Shown here piece by piece: positions 29,499 through 39,748 of a stretch of 40,719 nucleotides of DNA. Below the pieces are notes generated by a model that ran no database searches, was not told the DNA's origin, and saw nothing but the letters and a program-made list of their open reading frames with translations. Every line of letters starts with the position of its first letter. Position 1 is the stretch's first letter. The translations under genes were made by a program, and so were the position numbers. The stretch is from an uncultured Flavobacteriales bacterium (lineage in GTDB: Bacteria > Bacteroidota > Bacteroidia > Flavobacteriales > BACL11): NCBI GenBank assembly GCA_950069165.1, contig CATMIT010000003.1, forward strand, positions 1 to 40,719, in the 5' to 3' direction.

Positions 29499-31814
29499 AT
29501 GAGTAAGAATTTAGTAATTGTAGAATCGCCAGCAAAGGCAAAAACTATTGAAGGATATTTAGGAAAAGATTTTTTAGTAAAATCTAGCATTGGGCATATA
29601 CGGGACCTTCCGAAAAAAGGAGGAATGGCAATTGATATTGAAAATGGGTTTAAGCCAAAATATATTATTTCGGAGGATAAAAAGAAAGTAGTAAGCGAAT
29701 TAAAGGCGGCAGCCAAAAAAGCAGAAGTAGTTTGGCTTGCTACAGATGAGGACCGAGAAGGGGAAGCAATTGCTTGGCATTTGACAGAAGCTCTTGGTTT
29801 GGATAAAAGCACGACTAAAAGAATTGTCTTTCATGAGATTACAAAAAAGGCAATAACACATGCGGTGGAAAATCCTAGGCAATTAGACCAAAACTTAATT
29901 GACGCTCAACAAGCGCGTAGGATTTTAGACAGATTGGTGGGTTTTGAGTTATCTCCAATTTTGTGGAAAAAAATAAAACCAGGACTCTCGGCAGGGCGTG
30001 TGCAATCGGTTGCCTTAAAACTAATTGTAGAAAGAGAAAAAGAGATAATCAACTTTAAAAGCGTTTCTACATTTAGAGTATCAGCAGAATTCAGAACTAA
30101 TGATGGGAAGCAATTTAAAGCAGAACTTCCCAAACGATTAAATACCATAAAAGAGGCACATGAATTTTTGGAGAAATGCAAGTCAGCTGAATTCAAAATA
30201 GAAAATATTGAAAAGAAGCCTTCAAAAAGATCTCCTTCTGCCCCATTTACTACTTCAACTCTGCAACAAGAAGCTTCAAGGAAATTGGGTTTTTCGGTAA
30301 CACAAACCATGATGGTTGCACAAAAACTATACGAATCAGGAAAAATTACCTATATGAGAACCGATAGTGTGAATCTTTCACAAGACGCACTCTCATCTGC
30401 TGCAACTGCAATTAGCAATTCTTATGGAGAAATTTATGCCAAAAGGAGAACTTTCAGTACAAAAATAAAGGGTGCACAGGAAGCTCATGAGGCCATACGC
30501 CCAACCGATATGAGTAAAAATATAATTGATGGGGAAAGCGCACATCAAAAACTATATGCACTTATCTGGAAAAGAACAATTGCTTCTCAAATGGCAGAAG
30601 CGCAAATAGACAGAACCATTGCCACAATAAGTGTTTCTACTACTGATGAGCACTTTATTGCAAAGGGGGAGATGATTACTTTTGATGGTTTTATGAAAGT
30701 ATATTTGGAAGGAAAAGATGATGAAACAGAAAGTGAAAAAGGAATGCTTCCTTCATTAGAGTTAGGTGCTTTGGTTGGGGCTGATGAAATTTTAGGACTA
30801 GAAAGGTTCAGCAAACATCCGCCAAGATATGCAGAGGCGAGTTTGGTAAAAAAATTAGAAGAATTAGGAATAGGACGACCATCCACTTATGCCAGCACAA
30901 TTACTACTATTCAAAACAGAGAATATGTTACAAAACAAACAACAGAAGCTAAGCAAAGGGAAATTCGGGCAATCATTGTGAAAAACACTGAACTGAAAGA
31001 AGAAAAACGACAGGAGAATTATGGAGCAGAAAAGGGTAAATTATTTCCAACATCAGAGGGAACTGTGGTTTGCGATTTTCTGGAAGAGAATTTTAATAAT
31101 ATCATGGATTATGGTTTTACCTCCTCTGTGGAAAGCGAATTTGATGATATTGCAGAAGGCAAGAAAGTTTGGAATGAAATGATAGCGGATTTTTATGGTC
31201 CTTTCCACCAAAAAGTATTGGAAGTGGATGAAACTGCCGAAAGAGCATCTGGTGAGCGACTTTTAGGAGAAGATCCAAAAAGTGGTGACAATGTGTATGC
31301 AAGAGTTGGAAGATTTGGGCCAATGGTGCAAATTGGAGAAATGCAACAATCGGATGATGCACCAAAACCAAAATACGCTTCCATTATTGGGGAACAAACC
31401 GTTCAAACCATTACTTTAGAACAAGCTTTGGAACTTTTCAGATTACCGAGAGTAGTTGGAGAATTTGAAGTAGAAGAAGTGGTTGCCGCTATTGGAAGGT
31501 TCGGTCCTTATTTAAGGCATAAAGGCAAATTTACTTCCATCAAAAAAACGGATGAAGAAGATCCTTTAACGATAAAATTGGATAGAGCAATTGAACTCAT
31601 CAAAATAAAAATTCAAGCTGATAAAGATAGGTTGATTAATAATTTTGAAGGCGAGCCACTTATTCAAGTTTTGAATGGAAGATACGGCCCATTTGTGCAA
31701 GTTACTCCTGAAAAAGGTAAGAAAATTAATCTTAAAATACCGAAAGATACTGAGCCAAAAAGTTTAAATAGAGAAGATTGTTTATCTTTGCTGAAAGAGC
31801 AAAAGAAAAAATAA
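29499..31814 (+). CDS. topA: DNA topoisomerase I
   Basis: IVESPAK, DEDREGE, SAGRVQS, catalytic ITYMRTD, GIGRPSTY and C-terminal GRFGP repeats. Confidence 0.97.
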   Translation: MSKNLVIVESPAKAKTIEGYLGKDFLVKSSIGHIRDLPKKGGMAIDIENGFKPKYIISEDKKKVVSELKAAAKKAEVVWLATDEDREGEAIAWHLTEALGLDKSTTKRIVFHEITKKAITHAVENPRQLDQNLIDAQQARRILDRLVGFELSPILWKKIKPGLSAGRVQSVALKLIVEREKEIINFKSVSTFRVSAEFRTNDGKQFKAELPKRLNTIKEAHEFLEKCKSAEFKIENIEKKPSKRSPSAPFTTSTLQQEASRKLGFSVTQTMMVAQKLYESGKITYMRTDSVNLSQDALSSAATAISNSYGEIYAKRRTFSTKIKGAQEAHEAIRPTDMSKNIIDGESAHQKLYALIWKRTIASQMAEAQIDRTIATISVSTTDEHFIAKGEMITFDGFMKVYLEGKDDETESEKGMLPSLELGALVGADEILGLERFSKHPPRYAEASLVKKLEELGIGRPSTYASTITTIQNREYVTKQTTEAKQREIRAIIVKNTELKEEKRQENYGAEKGKLFPTSEGTVVCDFLEENFNNIMDYGFTSSVESEFDDIAEGKKVWNEMIADFYGPFHQKVLEVDETAERASGERLLGEDPKSGDNVYARVGRFGPMVQIGEMQQSDDAPKPKYASIIGEQTVQTITLEQALELFRLPRVVGEFEVEEVVAAIGRFGPYLRHKGKFTSIKKTDEEDPLTIKLDRAIELIKIKIQADKDRLINNFEGEPLIQVLNGRYGPFVQVTPEKGKKINLKIPKDTEPKSLNREDCLSLLKEQKKK

Positions 31815-31820
31815 AGAATC

Positions 31821-32972
31821 TTGTATAATTTATCTTCCCATTTTCTTCCCATTGAAGATGATTTGCTTGCAGAAAGCTGGCAAACCTCTCAGATTGGGCA
31901 TTGTATAGCCAAACATACTTCCACCGTCTTTCCTGAAATAAGTAATGAAAAGATTGCTTTTTTCTCTGTCCCAGAATATGAAGGAACGGATAATAATGGC
32001 GATAATCATTCTGCAATCCGAGAAGAGTTTTATAGCTTGCATTTTGACATGCTTCCTCCTTTGGCTGATTTAGGTACTTTGCAATTAATGCCAACCAAAA
32101 AGGAATCCTTCAAACAAATTGAAAAAGTTTGTGCTTGCTTGCTTGAAAACGGAATCATTCCTTTGATAATTGGTGGAGGGCAAGATATTTCTTATGCCAT
32201 CTATAAAGCCTATGCTTCAATCGGAAAAATCATTACTTTCACTTCTGTCGATAATGCTTTCGATTTAGGTACAGAAGAGGATAAAATTCATTCCCATTCC
32301 TATTTAAGCAAGATGATTGCTTATCAACCCAATCATTTGTTTAATTATTGCAATATTGGCTATCAGTCTTATTTTGAAAGCCCTGCTGCCATTGAAATGC
32401 TCGATAAAATTCATTTTGACACTTTTAGACTAGGTTATGTAAAAGCCAATTTGTTTGAGGTAGAACCTCTTATGCGTAATACTGATTTTTTAAGTTTTGA
32501 TTTATCGGCTATTACATCTTCTTATGCTTCTGCCAATGTGCATGCTAGCCCCAATGGCTTTGATGGAGCCGAAAGTTGTAGTATTATGCGTTATGCTGGT
32601 TTGAGTGATAAAGTTACCGCTTGCGGTATTTTTGAATACCACAGGGAGTTAGATTTAGGAAATCAAACAGCAAAACTAATGGCGCAAATGTTTTGGTATT
32701 TTTTGGATGGCTTTAAGCAAAGAAAAAACGAATTAAATCCTAACCTAAATGAATGCACAAAATACACTGTTTCTTTTGATGACGGAGTGAATGAGGTGGT
32801 GTTTTATAAAAGCAATAAAACCGGAAGATGGTGGATTGGTGTTCCTTTTTCCACTTCTGAAAAAGAAAAAAAAGATAATTATTTTGTAGCTTGTTCCTAC
32901 CGAGATTATGAGCAATCTAATCAAGGAGAACCACCAGAAAGGTGGATAAAAACTTACCAAAAGCTGAATTAA
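31821..32972 (+). CDS. Arginase/formimidoylglutamase-fold protein, probably lacking canonical metal ligands
   Basis: ADLG, PLIIGGGQD, NIGYQ, SFDLS and SPNGF are in ureohydrolase motif order. TTG start uncertain. Confidence 0.75.
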   Translation: MYNLSSHFLPIEDDLLAESWQTSQIGHCIAKHTSTVFPEISNEKIAFFSVPEYEGTDNNGDNHSAIREEFYSLHFDMLPPLADLGTLQLMPTKKESFKQIEKVCACLLENGIIPLIIGGGQDISYAIYKAYASIGKIITFTSVDNAFDLGTEEDKIHSHSYLSKMIAYQPNHLFNYCNIGYQSYFESPAAIEMLDKIHFDTFRLGYVKANLFEVEPLMRNTDFLSFDLSAITSSYASANVHASPNGFDGAESCSIMRYAGLSDKVTACGIFEYHRELDLGNQTAKLMAQMFWYFLDGFKQRKNELNPNLNECTKYTVSFDDGVNEVVFYKSNKTGRWWIGVPFSTSEKEKKDNYFVACSYRDYEQSNQGEPPERWIKTYQKLN

Positions 32973-33063
32973 ATGTTTTCAGTTTCTTCTGATTTTTTAC
33001 CTATTAAATAAAAAATGTCTATTTTAGCGACCGTAAAACTTATAAATAACGATAAAATTGAAT

Positions 33064-33969
33064 ATGAAAAGAACGATATTATCTCTGTCTTTTTTGCTGA
33101 TTGCAGGGCTTGTTTTTTCACAGCAAGACCCTCAGTTTAGTCAAAATATGTTCAACAAATTAGCCAATAACCCTGGCTATGCGGGGAGCAATCAAGCTAT
33201 TTGTGTAACAATGCTTCACCGCTCACAATGGATGGGCTTTGAAGGTGCACCAACTACACTTAATTTGAGTGTGGATGCTGGCATCCCTGCTATTCATGGA
33301 GGAGTAGGGCTTAATATTGTAAAGGACAATATTGCGGCATTTAGCAATTTAGGATTACAATTAACCTATGCTTACCGAACAGATTTAGGAAATGGACAAA
33401 TGGGGGCAGGACTATCTTTAGGGATGTTTCAAAGTGGTGCTGACGGAGGTTGGTTTGATCCAGCTCAATCTGGTGATGCGGTAATCCCAACTGGTGATGA
33501 AAAGGGTTCTGCTATGGATTTTGGATTTGGCGTTTATTATAACACACAAGATGTATATATAGGTCTCTCCACTTCTCACTTTACCGAGCCAACAATTGAG
33601 TGGTCAAATAGCCAAATGGAATTAGCAAGACATTATTTTCTTATTGCTGGTTATGCGCATGAGTTAAATCCTATGTTTACGCTTAATCCTTCTATTTATT
33701 TAAAATCGGATGGTGCTTCCTCCCAATTAGATATTAACACCAATGTATTGTACAATAATAAGCTATGGGGAGGCGTTAGTTACAGGTTAGATGAAGGATT
33801 AATTGCCCTTTTAGGAATGCATATAACGGACGATTTAAAATTTGGTATAGCATATGATGTTGTAATGTCGGAGATACAAAATAACAGTTTAGAATTTATG
33901 TTGGGATATTGTTTCCAGGTTTCCTACGACAGACCTATGAAAAGTTACAAAAACCCAAGGTTCTTATAA
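33064..33969 (+). CDS. porP: T9SS PorP/SprF-family outer-membrane protein
   Basis: Signal peptide then QQDPQFSQ, NPGYAG, RSQWMGFEGAP, GVSYR and terminal NPRFL; directly upstream of gldK. Confidence 0.88.
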   Translation: MKRTILSLSFLLIAGLVFSQQDPQFSQNMFNKLANNPGYAGSNQAICVTMLHRSQWMGFEGAPTTLNLSVDAGIPAIHGGVGLNIVKDNIAAFSNLGLQLTYAYRTDLGNGQMGAGLSLGMFQSGADGGWFDPAQSGDAVIPTGDEKGSAMDFGFGVYYNTQDVYIGLSTSHFTEPTIEWSNSQMELARHYFLIAGYAHELNPMFTLNPSIYLKSDGASSQLDINTNVLYNNKLWGGVSYRLDEGLIALLGMHITDDLKFGIAYDVVMSEIQNNSLEFMLGYCFQVSYDRPMKSYKNPRFL

Positions 33970-34076
33970 ATTGAAAAAAAATAACAAATCATTATGCGTT
34001 GTAAGAAGATGTATGATGATTTTTAAAATTAAAGAGTAATCATTTTCGCTTGAGGAGCGAAACAAAAATAAAAACT

Positions 34077-35381
34077 ATGAAAAAAATATTATTTTTTGGA
34101 TTAATTATTACGATTTTAAGCAGTTGCGGTAATTCTGGTAATGGCGAACTAATTGGAATCCAAGATAGAGCTATTTGGCAACCAATGGATCCTTACGGAA
34201 TGGTTTTTATTCCACAAGGTAGTTTTGTAATGGGTCCCTCTGACCAAGATGTACCTTTTGCTAATGTAACTGCTGCAAAAATGGTTTCTGTTGGAGCTTT
34301 CTATATGGACGAAACAGAAATAACAAATAATGAATATCGACAATTCACCAATTGGGTAAGGGATTCAATTGCTCATAGGATTCTTGGAGATGCAGGCATA
34401 GAAGGGCATTTGATTGAAGAAGATGAATATGGTAATTTCATAGAGCCAGCACTTATTAATTGGAAAGAAAAAATTAGATGGGATGATATTGAAGTGAGAG
34501 AAATACTGGAAGAGGAAATGTATTTACCTGAGCATGAAAGATTCAATAGAATGAGAGAAATTGATACTAGAAAGCTTATCTATGCGTATCAAGAAATGGA
34601 TTTGAAAAAAGCAGCACAAAAAGCAAATAGAGAAAATGATGCTACTGGAAAAAGAGACCGTTCCGTATTCTTAAAAGATGTTGAGGTAAGTATTTTCCCA
34701 GATACTCTTGCTTGGATGCACGATTATACTTATTCCTTTAATGAGCCAATGACAGATGAGTATTTTTGGCATCCTGCTTTTGATGACTACCCAGTGGTGG
34801 GAATCAATTGGAATCAAGCAGTTGCCTTTACTAAATGGAGAACACAAATGATGAATAGTTTCCTTAGAAGAAATAACGAACCAACACTTCCTGATTTTAG
34901 ATTACCAACAGAATCGGAATGGGAATATGCCGCTAGAGGTGGAATGGATTTATCGCCATATCCTTGGGGAGGACCGTATACCAGAAATCATAAAGGATGT
35001 TTTTTAGCTAATTTTAAACCACTTAGAGGAAATTATACAGCAGATGGCGGTTTGCGTTCAGTGAAAGTGGCAAGTTATAATCCTAATGCTTATGGCTTGT
35101 ATGATATGGCTGGAAATGTTTCAGAATGGACTTCAAATACTTTTGATGAATCTGCATTTAGCTATGCACATGATATGAATATGGACTATACTTTAACTGC
35201 TGAGGATTCTGATTCAGAAGTATTGAAAAGAAAAGTAATTAGAGGGGGTTCTTGGAAAGACATATCCTACTTTATACAAACTAGTACAAGGGATTTCGAA
35301 TACCAAGATACAGCAAAATGCTATATTGGATTTAGATGTACTGTGGATTTCTTAGGAAGGGATAAACAAGATTTTGAATAA
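34077..35381 (+). CDS. gldK: T9SS/gliding lipoprotein GldK (PorK)
   Basis: Lipobox LSSC, GELIG, PYGMVFIP, and an FGE/SUMF1-like domain (RLPTESEWEYAARGG, YDMAGNVSEW, RGGSW). Confidence 0.93.
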   Translation: MKKILFFGLIITILSSCGNSGNGELIGIQDRAIWQPMDPYGMVFIPQGSFVMGPSDQDVPFANVTAAKMVSVGAFYMDETEITNNEYRQFTNWVRDSIAHRILGDAGIEGHLIEEDEYGNFIEPALINWKEKIRWDDIEVREILEEEMYLPEHERFNRMREIDTRKLIYAYQEMDLKKAAQKANRENDATGKRDRSVFLKDVEVSIFPDTLAWMHDYTYSFNEPMTDEYFWHPAFDDYPVVGINWNQAVAFTKWRTQMMNSFLRRNNEPTLPDFRLPTESEWEYAARGGMDLSPYPWGGPYTRNHKGCFLANFKPLRGNYTADGGLRSVKVASYNPNAYGLYDMAGNVSEWTSNTFDESAFSYAHDMNMDYTLTAEDSDSEVLKRKVIRGGSWKDISYFIQTSTRDFEYQDTAKCYIGFRCTVDFLGRDKQDFE

Positions 35382-35408
35382 AAATAAATTAAATTAAAAA
35401 ACGAAAAA

Positions 35409-36056
35409 ATGACAATAAAGGAATTAGCAAATAAACCGGGATTTAAACTGTTTATGTCTCGTTTGTATGGGTGGGGTGCTTCTTTAGTAATCCTGGGAGC
35501 TTTATTTAAAATAGAACATTATCCAGGAGCAAGCATAATGTTAGGTTTAGGGTTAGGCACTGAAGCAGTAATCTTTTTCTTTTCCGCTTTTGAAACACCA
35601 AAGGAAGATCCAGATTGGAGTTTAGTTTATCCTGAATTGGCTTATATGAAAGACCCTGACAAAATAGGCACACCTGCTCAGCAGTTAGACAAAGCACTAG
35701 AAAGAGCTAAAATTGAAGATGAGTTAATTGAAAGCTTAGGAGATGGGCTTAGAAAATTTGGCGAAACGGCAACAAAGTTAAACGAAACGGTTGAGGCAGC
35801 TGGCGCTATTTCTGAGTACAATCAGCAAATACAAGAGGGTGTGAAAAATATGAACGCACTGAATTCATTATATGAATTACAATTACAAACTTCTTCACAG
35901 CAAATGGAAGCATCCACCCAATTCTTACAAAATTTGAGCACTTCCATTGAAGACTCAAAGCGTTTCCAGCAAGAAGTTGGTAAATTAGCAGAAAACCTAT
36001 CGGCACTTAACAAAGTGTATGGTAATATGCTAAATGCAATGAATCCGAATAAATAA
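35409..36056 (+). CDS. gldL: T9SS/gliding motor subunit GldL (PorL)
   Basis: YGWGASLVILGALFKI, TEAVIFFFSAFE, WSLVYPEL, LNKVYGNML. Confidence 0.95.
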   Translation: MTIKELANKPGFKLFMSRLYGWGASLVILGALFKIEHYPGASIMLGLGLGTEAVIFFFSAFETPKEDPDWSLVYPELAYMKDPDKIGTPAQQLDKALERAKIEDELIESLGDGLRKFGETATKLNETVEAAGAISEYNQQIQEGVKNMNALNSLYELQLQTSSQQMEASTQFLQNLSTSIEDSKRFQQEVGKLAENLSALNKVYGNMLNAMNPNK

Positions 36057-36076
36057 AAATTTTAAGAAAAGAATAA

Positions 36077-37789
36077 ATGGCAGGCAATCACCCCAGTGAG
36101 TTAAGTCCCCGGCAGAGGATGATAAATATGATGTATTTAGTGCTAACAGCACTACTTGCACTTAATGTATCAAAAGAGGTATTGGAGTCTTTCTTTGAAG
36201 TGAATAAAGGTATAGAAAGAACCACCACGAACTTTTTTTCAAAGAATGTAGAAACGTATTCTGATTTTGATAAAGCAGCAAAGAATAATCCAGAGAAATA
36301 TAAAACTGTTAGAGATAAAGCATACGAGATTAAGGAAATGTCTAATGACCTTATTATGCTAATTCAGGAGATGAAGTATGATTTAGTATATCGCACTGAT
36401 AAGCGAGAAGTTTATCTTGGGGAAGATTGGGAAATTTTTGATGAAGAAGGGAAATTAAAGGAGGAGACACTAATTGAAGATATAAAATTTGAAGAATTGA
36501 CTTTAACTCAAAAGCATCAGAAAATTGGATGGTTACAAAATAAATCAGATAGAAGTACTTCTGGAGATTTGTTTTGGCCAAAAGGCAAAAAGGACAATAG
36601 AGCTAAAAAATTAAAAGATGAAATTATCAAACTTGGTGATTTTTTAATGGAGGTTTCTGGAGACAACAAACAGTTAGTAAAAAGTATTGAATCATCTACT
36701 GATGTTAGCGATAGAAAAAGGAAAAAGAAGAAAATAAGCTGGGAAGAGTATTATTTTTATGATATGCCAGCGGTTGGCGCTTTAACATTACTATCTAAGA
36801 TGCAATCAGATGTAAGAAATGCGGAAGCTAATGTTATTGATTTTCTAAAAAAAGACATAGATGCAAAATCGTTAAAATTTACTTCTGCTGAAGGAATTGC
36901 AATTCCAGAAAGAAATTTTGTTTTAAGAGGAGATAGTTTCAAAGCAGAGATTTTTATTACTGCAAAAAATGAGAGTCAGAATCCTGATATTTATGTAGGG
37001 GAATACGATAGTATAGGTGGTGGAGAATATCAAATGATTGGGGATTATGAGATAGTAAAAGTTAAGAATGGAAAAGGTTTGTTTGCAACAAGAACTACTT
37101 CAGAAGGAATAAAAAAATGGGGAGGATTGATCGCTATGAAAACTGAATCAGGGACTAAATACTATCCTTTTGGTGGCGAATATTTAGTGGCCTCAAAATC
37201 TGTTGTAGTTTCTCCTATCAATATGAATGTGTTTTATTTAGAGGTAGATAATCCTGTAAAAATATCTGTTCCTGGGTTTGCTGCTACTGATATTACTGCC
37301 TCCATGTCAAATGGAAATTTAAGGGCAACAAAAAAATCGGTTGGAGAATACATTGCACGACCTACAAAAAAAGGAAAAGCTAGGGTTACTTTATTTGCAA
37401 CTATTGATGGGAAAAGAACAAAAATGGGGGCAGTTGAATTTAGAGTAAAAGAGGTGCCGCCACCAAAACCACTTATTGGTGGAAAATCAGAAGGGGTAAT
37501 TGAAAAGCAAAGAATGTTAGCTGCCGGGGGTATACAAGCCAAGCTAGAAGATTTTGATTTTAAAGGCGTTAGATATAAGGTTGTTGCTTATTCTTTTACC
37601 ACTGTCTATAAAGGAGATCAGGTTACAGAAACTGTAAACGGACAAAAATTTACTACTAAAATTAATGCAATTATAAATAATACAAAATCAGGTAATACTA
37701 TTACAGTATCTAATATTATGGCAAGAAGAACAGATGCTAAAGGTACAGCAACCAGATCATTACCTCCACTAGTTTTAAAAATTAAATAA
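36077..37789 (+). CDS. gldM: T9SS/gliding motor subunit GldM (PorM)
   Basis: PRQRMINMMYLVLTALLALNVS, MNVFY..DNP..ISVPG. Confidence 0.94.
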   Translation: MAGNHPSELSPRQRMINMMYLVLTALLALNVSKEVLESFFEVNKGIERTTTNFFSKNVETYSDFDKAAKNNPEKYKTVRDKAYEIKEMSNDLIMLIQEMKYDLVYRTDKREVYLGEDWEIFDEEGKLKEETLIEDIKFEELTLTQKHQKIGWLQNKSDRSTSGDLFWPKGKKDNRAKKLKDEIIKLGDFLMEVSGDNKQLVKSIESSTDVSDRKRKKKKISWEEYYFYDMPAVGALTLLSKMQSDVRNAEANVIDFLKKDIDAKSLKFTSAEGIAIPERNFVLRGDSFKAEIFITAKNESQNPDIYVGEYDSIGGGEYQMIGDYEIVKVKNGKGLFATRTTSEGIKKWGGLIAMKTESGTKYYPFGGEYLVASKSVVVSPINMNVFYLEVDNPVKISVPGFAATDITASMSNGNLRATKKSVGEYIARPTKKGKARVTLFATIDGKRTKMGAVEFRVKEVPPPKPLIGGKSEGVIEKQRMLAAGGIQAKLEDFDFKGVRYKVVAYSFTTVYKGDQVTETVNGQKFTTKINAIINNTKSGNTITVSNIMARRTDAKGTATRSLPPLVLKIK

Positions 37790-37796
37790 TTTTATC

Positions 37797-38669
37797 ATGA
37801 AAAATCTTATTTTACTATTTATTTCGTTCTTGATGATTTCCATAACAGGAAATGCACAAGATATTTTAGATGGCGCTTACGATCGTAAGACAACTTATGA
37901 AAATAGAAAAGTGCAACCCTATCCGCATTTAAGACAAGCAGATGTAATGTGGTCTAGAAAAATTTGGCGCGAAATTGATTTGCGTGAAAAAGTAAATCAT
38001 CCTTTTTATTATCCTGCTATTCAGCCAGGGAATAACCAACCAAACGATAGAAGAAGTTTGATAGATGTAATAATGGATGCAGTAATTGAAGGAAGTATTA
38101 CTGCTTATGCCAATGCTATTTATGATGATGAGTTTAAGGTGGAAATGACACAAGAGGATATTAAAAAGATTGGAGGAGCTAGGGAAGAAATAATGCAGAT
38201 AATCGATTGGTCCAGTGATGTAGAAGATGCAGTAACAGACACATTAATAAAGGTTGCATTTGACAGAACAACAGTAAAAAAATGGAGAATAAAAGAAGAG
38301 TGGTATTTCGATAAGCAAAGATCCGTTATGGATGTAAGAATTATTGGAATTTGCCCAATGCAAGAAGGAAAAGATGAGATTACTGGTGAGCCAACCGGCT
38401 TTTTCGACCCTCTATTCTGGGTATATTTTCCTGATGCACGGCCAATTCTTGCCAATGCGGAGATATTCAACTTGATGAAAAATGATGCAGAAAGAAGGAC
38501 TTATGATGATATTTTCTGGAAAAGAATGTTCTCCTCCTACATCATAAAAGAATCGAATGTGATGGATAGAAAGGTAAATGAATACATGATTGGCTTAGAT
38601 GCCATCTTAAAATCAGAAGAAATAAAAGCAGAGATTTTTAATATTGAACATGATTTGTGGGAGTATTAA
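37797..38669 (+). CDS. gldN: T9SS/gliding protein GldN (PorN)
   Basis: DVMWSRKIWREIDLRE, WYFDK, LFWVYF and terminal EHDLWEY. Confidence 0.93.
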   Translation: MKNLILLFISFLMISITGNAQDILDGAYDRKTTYENRKVQPYPHLRQADVMWSRKIWREIDLREKVNHPFYYPAIQPGNNQPNDRRSLIDVIMDAVIEGSITAYANAIYDDEFKVEMTQEDIKKIGGAREEIMQIIDWSSDVEDAVTDTLIKVAFDRTTVKKWRIKEEWYFDKQRSVMDVRIIGICPMQEGKDEITGEPTGFFDPLFWVYFPDARPILANAEIFNLMKNDAERRTYDDIFWKRMFSSYIIKESNVMDRKVNEYMIGLDAILKSEEIKAEIFNIEHDLWEY

Positions 38670-38690
38670 AATCTGTTTATAAGGCTAATG

Positions 38691-38720
38691 AAAACCCCTT
38701 CTTGCTAAGGGGTTTTTTTT
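38691..38720 (+). terminator. Intrinsic terminator after gldN
   Basis: AAAACCCCTT-CTTGCT-AAGGGGTTTT followed by further Ts. Confidence 0.85.
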
Positions 38721-38743
38721 ATGTAAATAAATTGTAAAACTTC

Positions 38744-38751
38744 TATCTTTG
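38744..38751 (+). promoter_or_regulatory. Bacteroidota -7 element for galE
   Basis: TATCTTTG, 4 nt before the ATG at 38756 and just downstream of the gldN terminator. Confidence 0.6.
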
Positions 38752-38755
38752 TAAA

Positions 38756-39748
38756 ATGAAAATAATAGTAACAGGAGGTGCAGGCTATATTGGGAGCCAT
38801 ACTGTTGTCGAGCTTATTGCGGTAGGATTTCAGCCGATAATTGTAGATAATCTTTGTAATTCTGACGTAAGTAATATTCAGGGGATAAAGGAAATTACAG
38901 GAGTTGACGTGCAGTGGTATAATGTGGATTGTAGTATTGAGAAGAAGTTAGTAGAGGTGTTTGAAAAAGAGGAGGGTATTATTGGAGCAATTCATTTTGC
39001 TGCCTACAAATCGGTAGAAGAATCGGTGCGTGAGCCAGAAAAATACTATAAAAACAATATTGGCTCCTTAGAAGTGTTATTAGAACAAATGAAAAAGCAC
39101 AAAGTGAATAATCTTATTTTTTCTTCTTCTTGTACGGTTTACGGAACCCCTGATATTTTGCCAGTTACTGAAAGTTCTCCATTCAAAAAGGCAGAATCCC
39201 CTTATGGAGAAACAAAGCAAATGTGTGAGAATATTTTACAAAAGTCAGATGTTAAAAGTATTTCTTTAAGATATTTTAATCCTATTGGCTCCCATTTTTC
39301 TTCTCTTATTGGCGATTGCTCGGCTGATAAACCTTGTAATCTTATCCCTATTATTTGTGAGGTTGCAAAAGGAGTAAGAGAAAAATTAATTGTAAATGGA
39401 GATGATTATAATACCATTGATGGCAGTTGTGTACGCGATTATATTCATGTAGTTGATTTGGCAAAATCCCATGTAAGTGCACTCCATTATTTATTAAAAA
39501 ATCCTAAGAAAGATGTTTTCAATATTGGTACAGGAAAAGGATTGAGCGTGATTCAGGCGATAAGTTGTTTCGAAAAAGCAAATGATAAAAAAATAAATTA
39601 TTCGATTGGTCATAGAAGAGATGGAGATGTAGAAGAAATTTATTCGGACAATGCTAAGGTAGAAAAACTACTAAATTGGAAAGCAGAAATTTCTGTGGAA
39701 ACTGCAATGAAAGACGCTTGGAATTGGGAAAAAATGAAAGTGAAATGA
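38756..39748 (+). CDS. galE: UDP-glucose 4-epimerase
   Basis: [23 protein letters not shown] (YxxxK), LRYFNP, VRDYIHV. Confidence 0.92.
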   Translation: MKIIVTGGAGYIGSHTVVELIAVGFQPIIVDNLCNSDVSNIQGIKEITGVDVQWYNVDCSIEKKLVEVFEKEEGIIGAIHFAAYKSVEESVREPEKYYKNNIGSLEVLLEQMKKHKVNNLIFSSSCTVYGTPDILPVTESSPFKKAESPYGETKQMCENILQKSDVKSISLRYFNPIGSHFSSLIGDCSADKPCNLIPIICEVAKGVREKLIVNGDDYNTIDGSCVRDYIHVVDLAKSHVSALHYLLKNPKKDVFNIGTGKGLSVIQAISCFEKANDKKINYSIGHRRDGDVEEIYSDNAKVEKLLNWKAEISVETAMKDAWNWEKMKVK

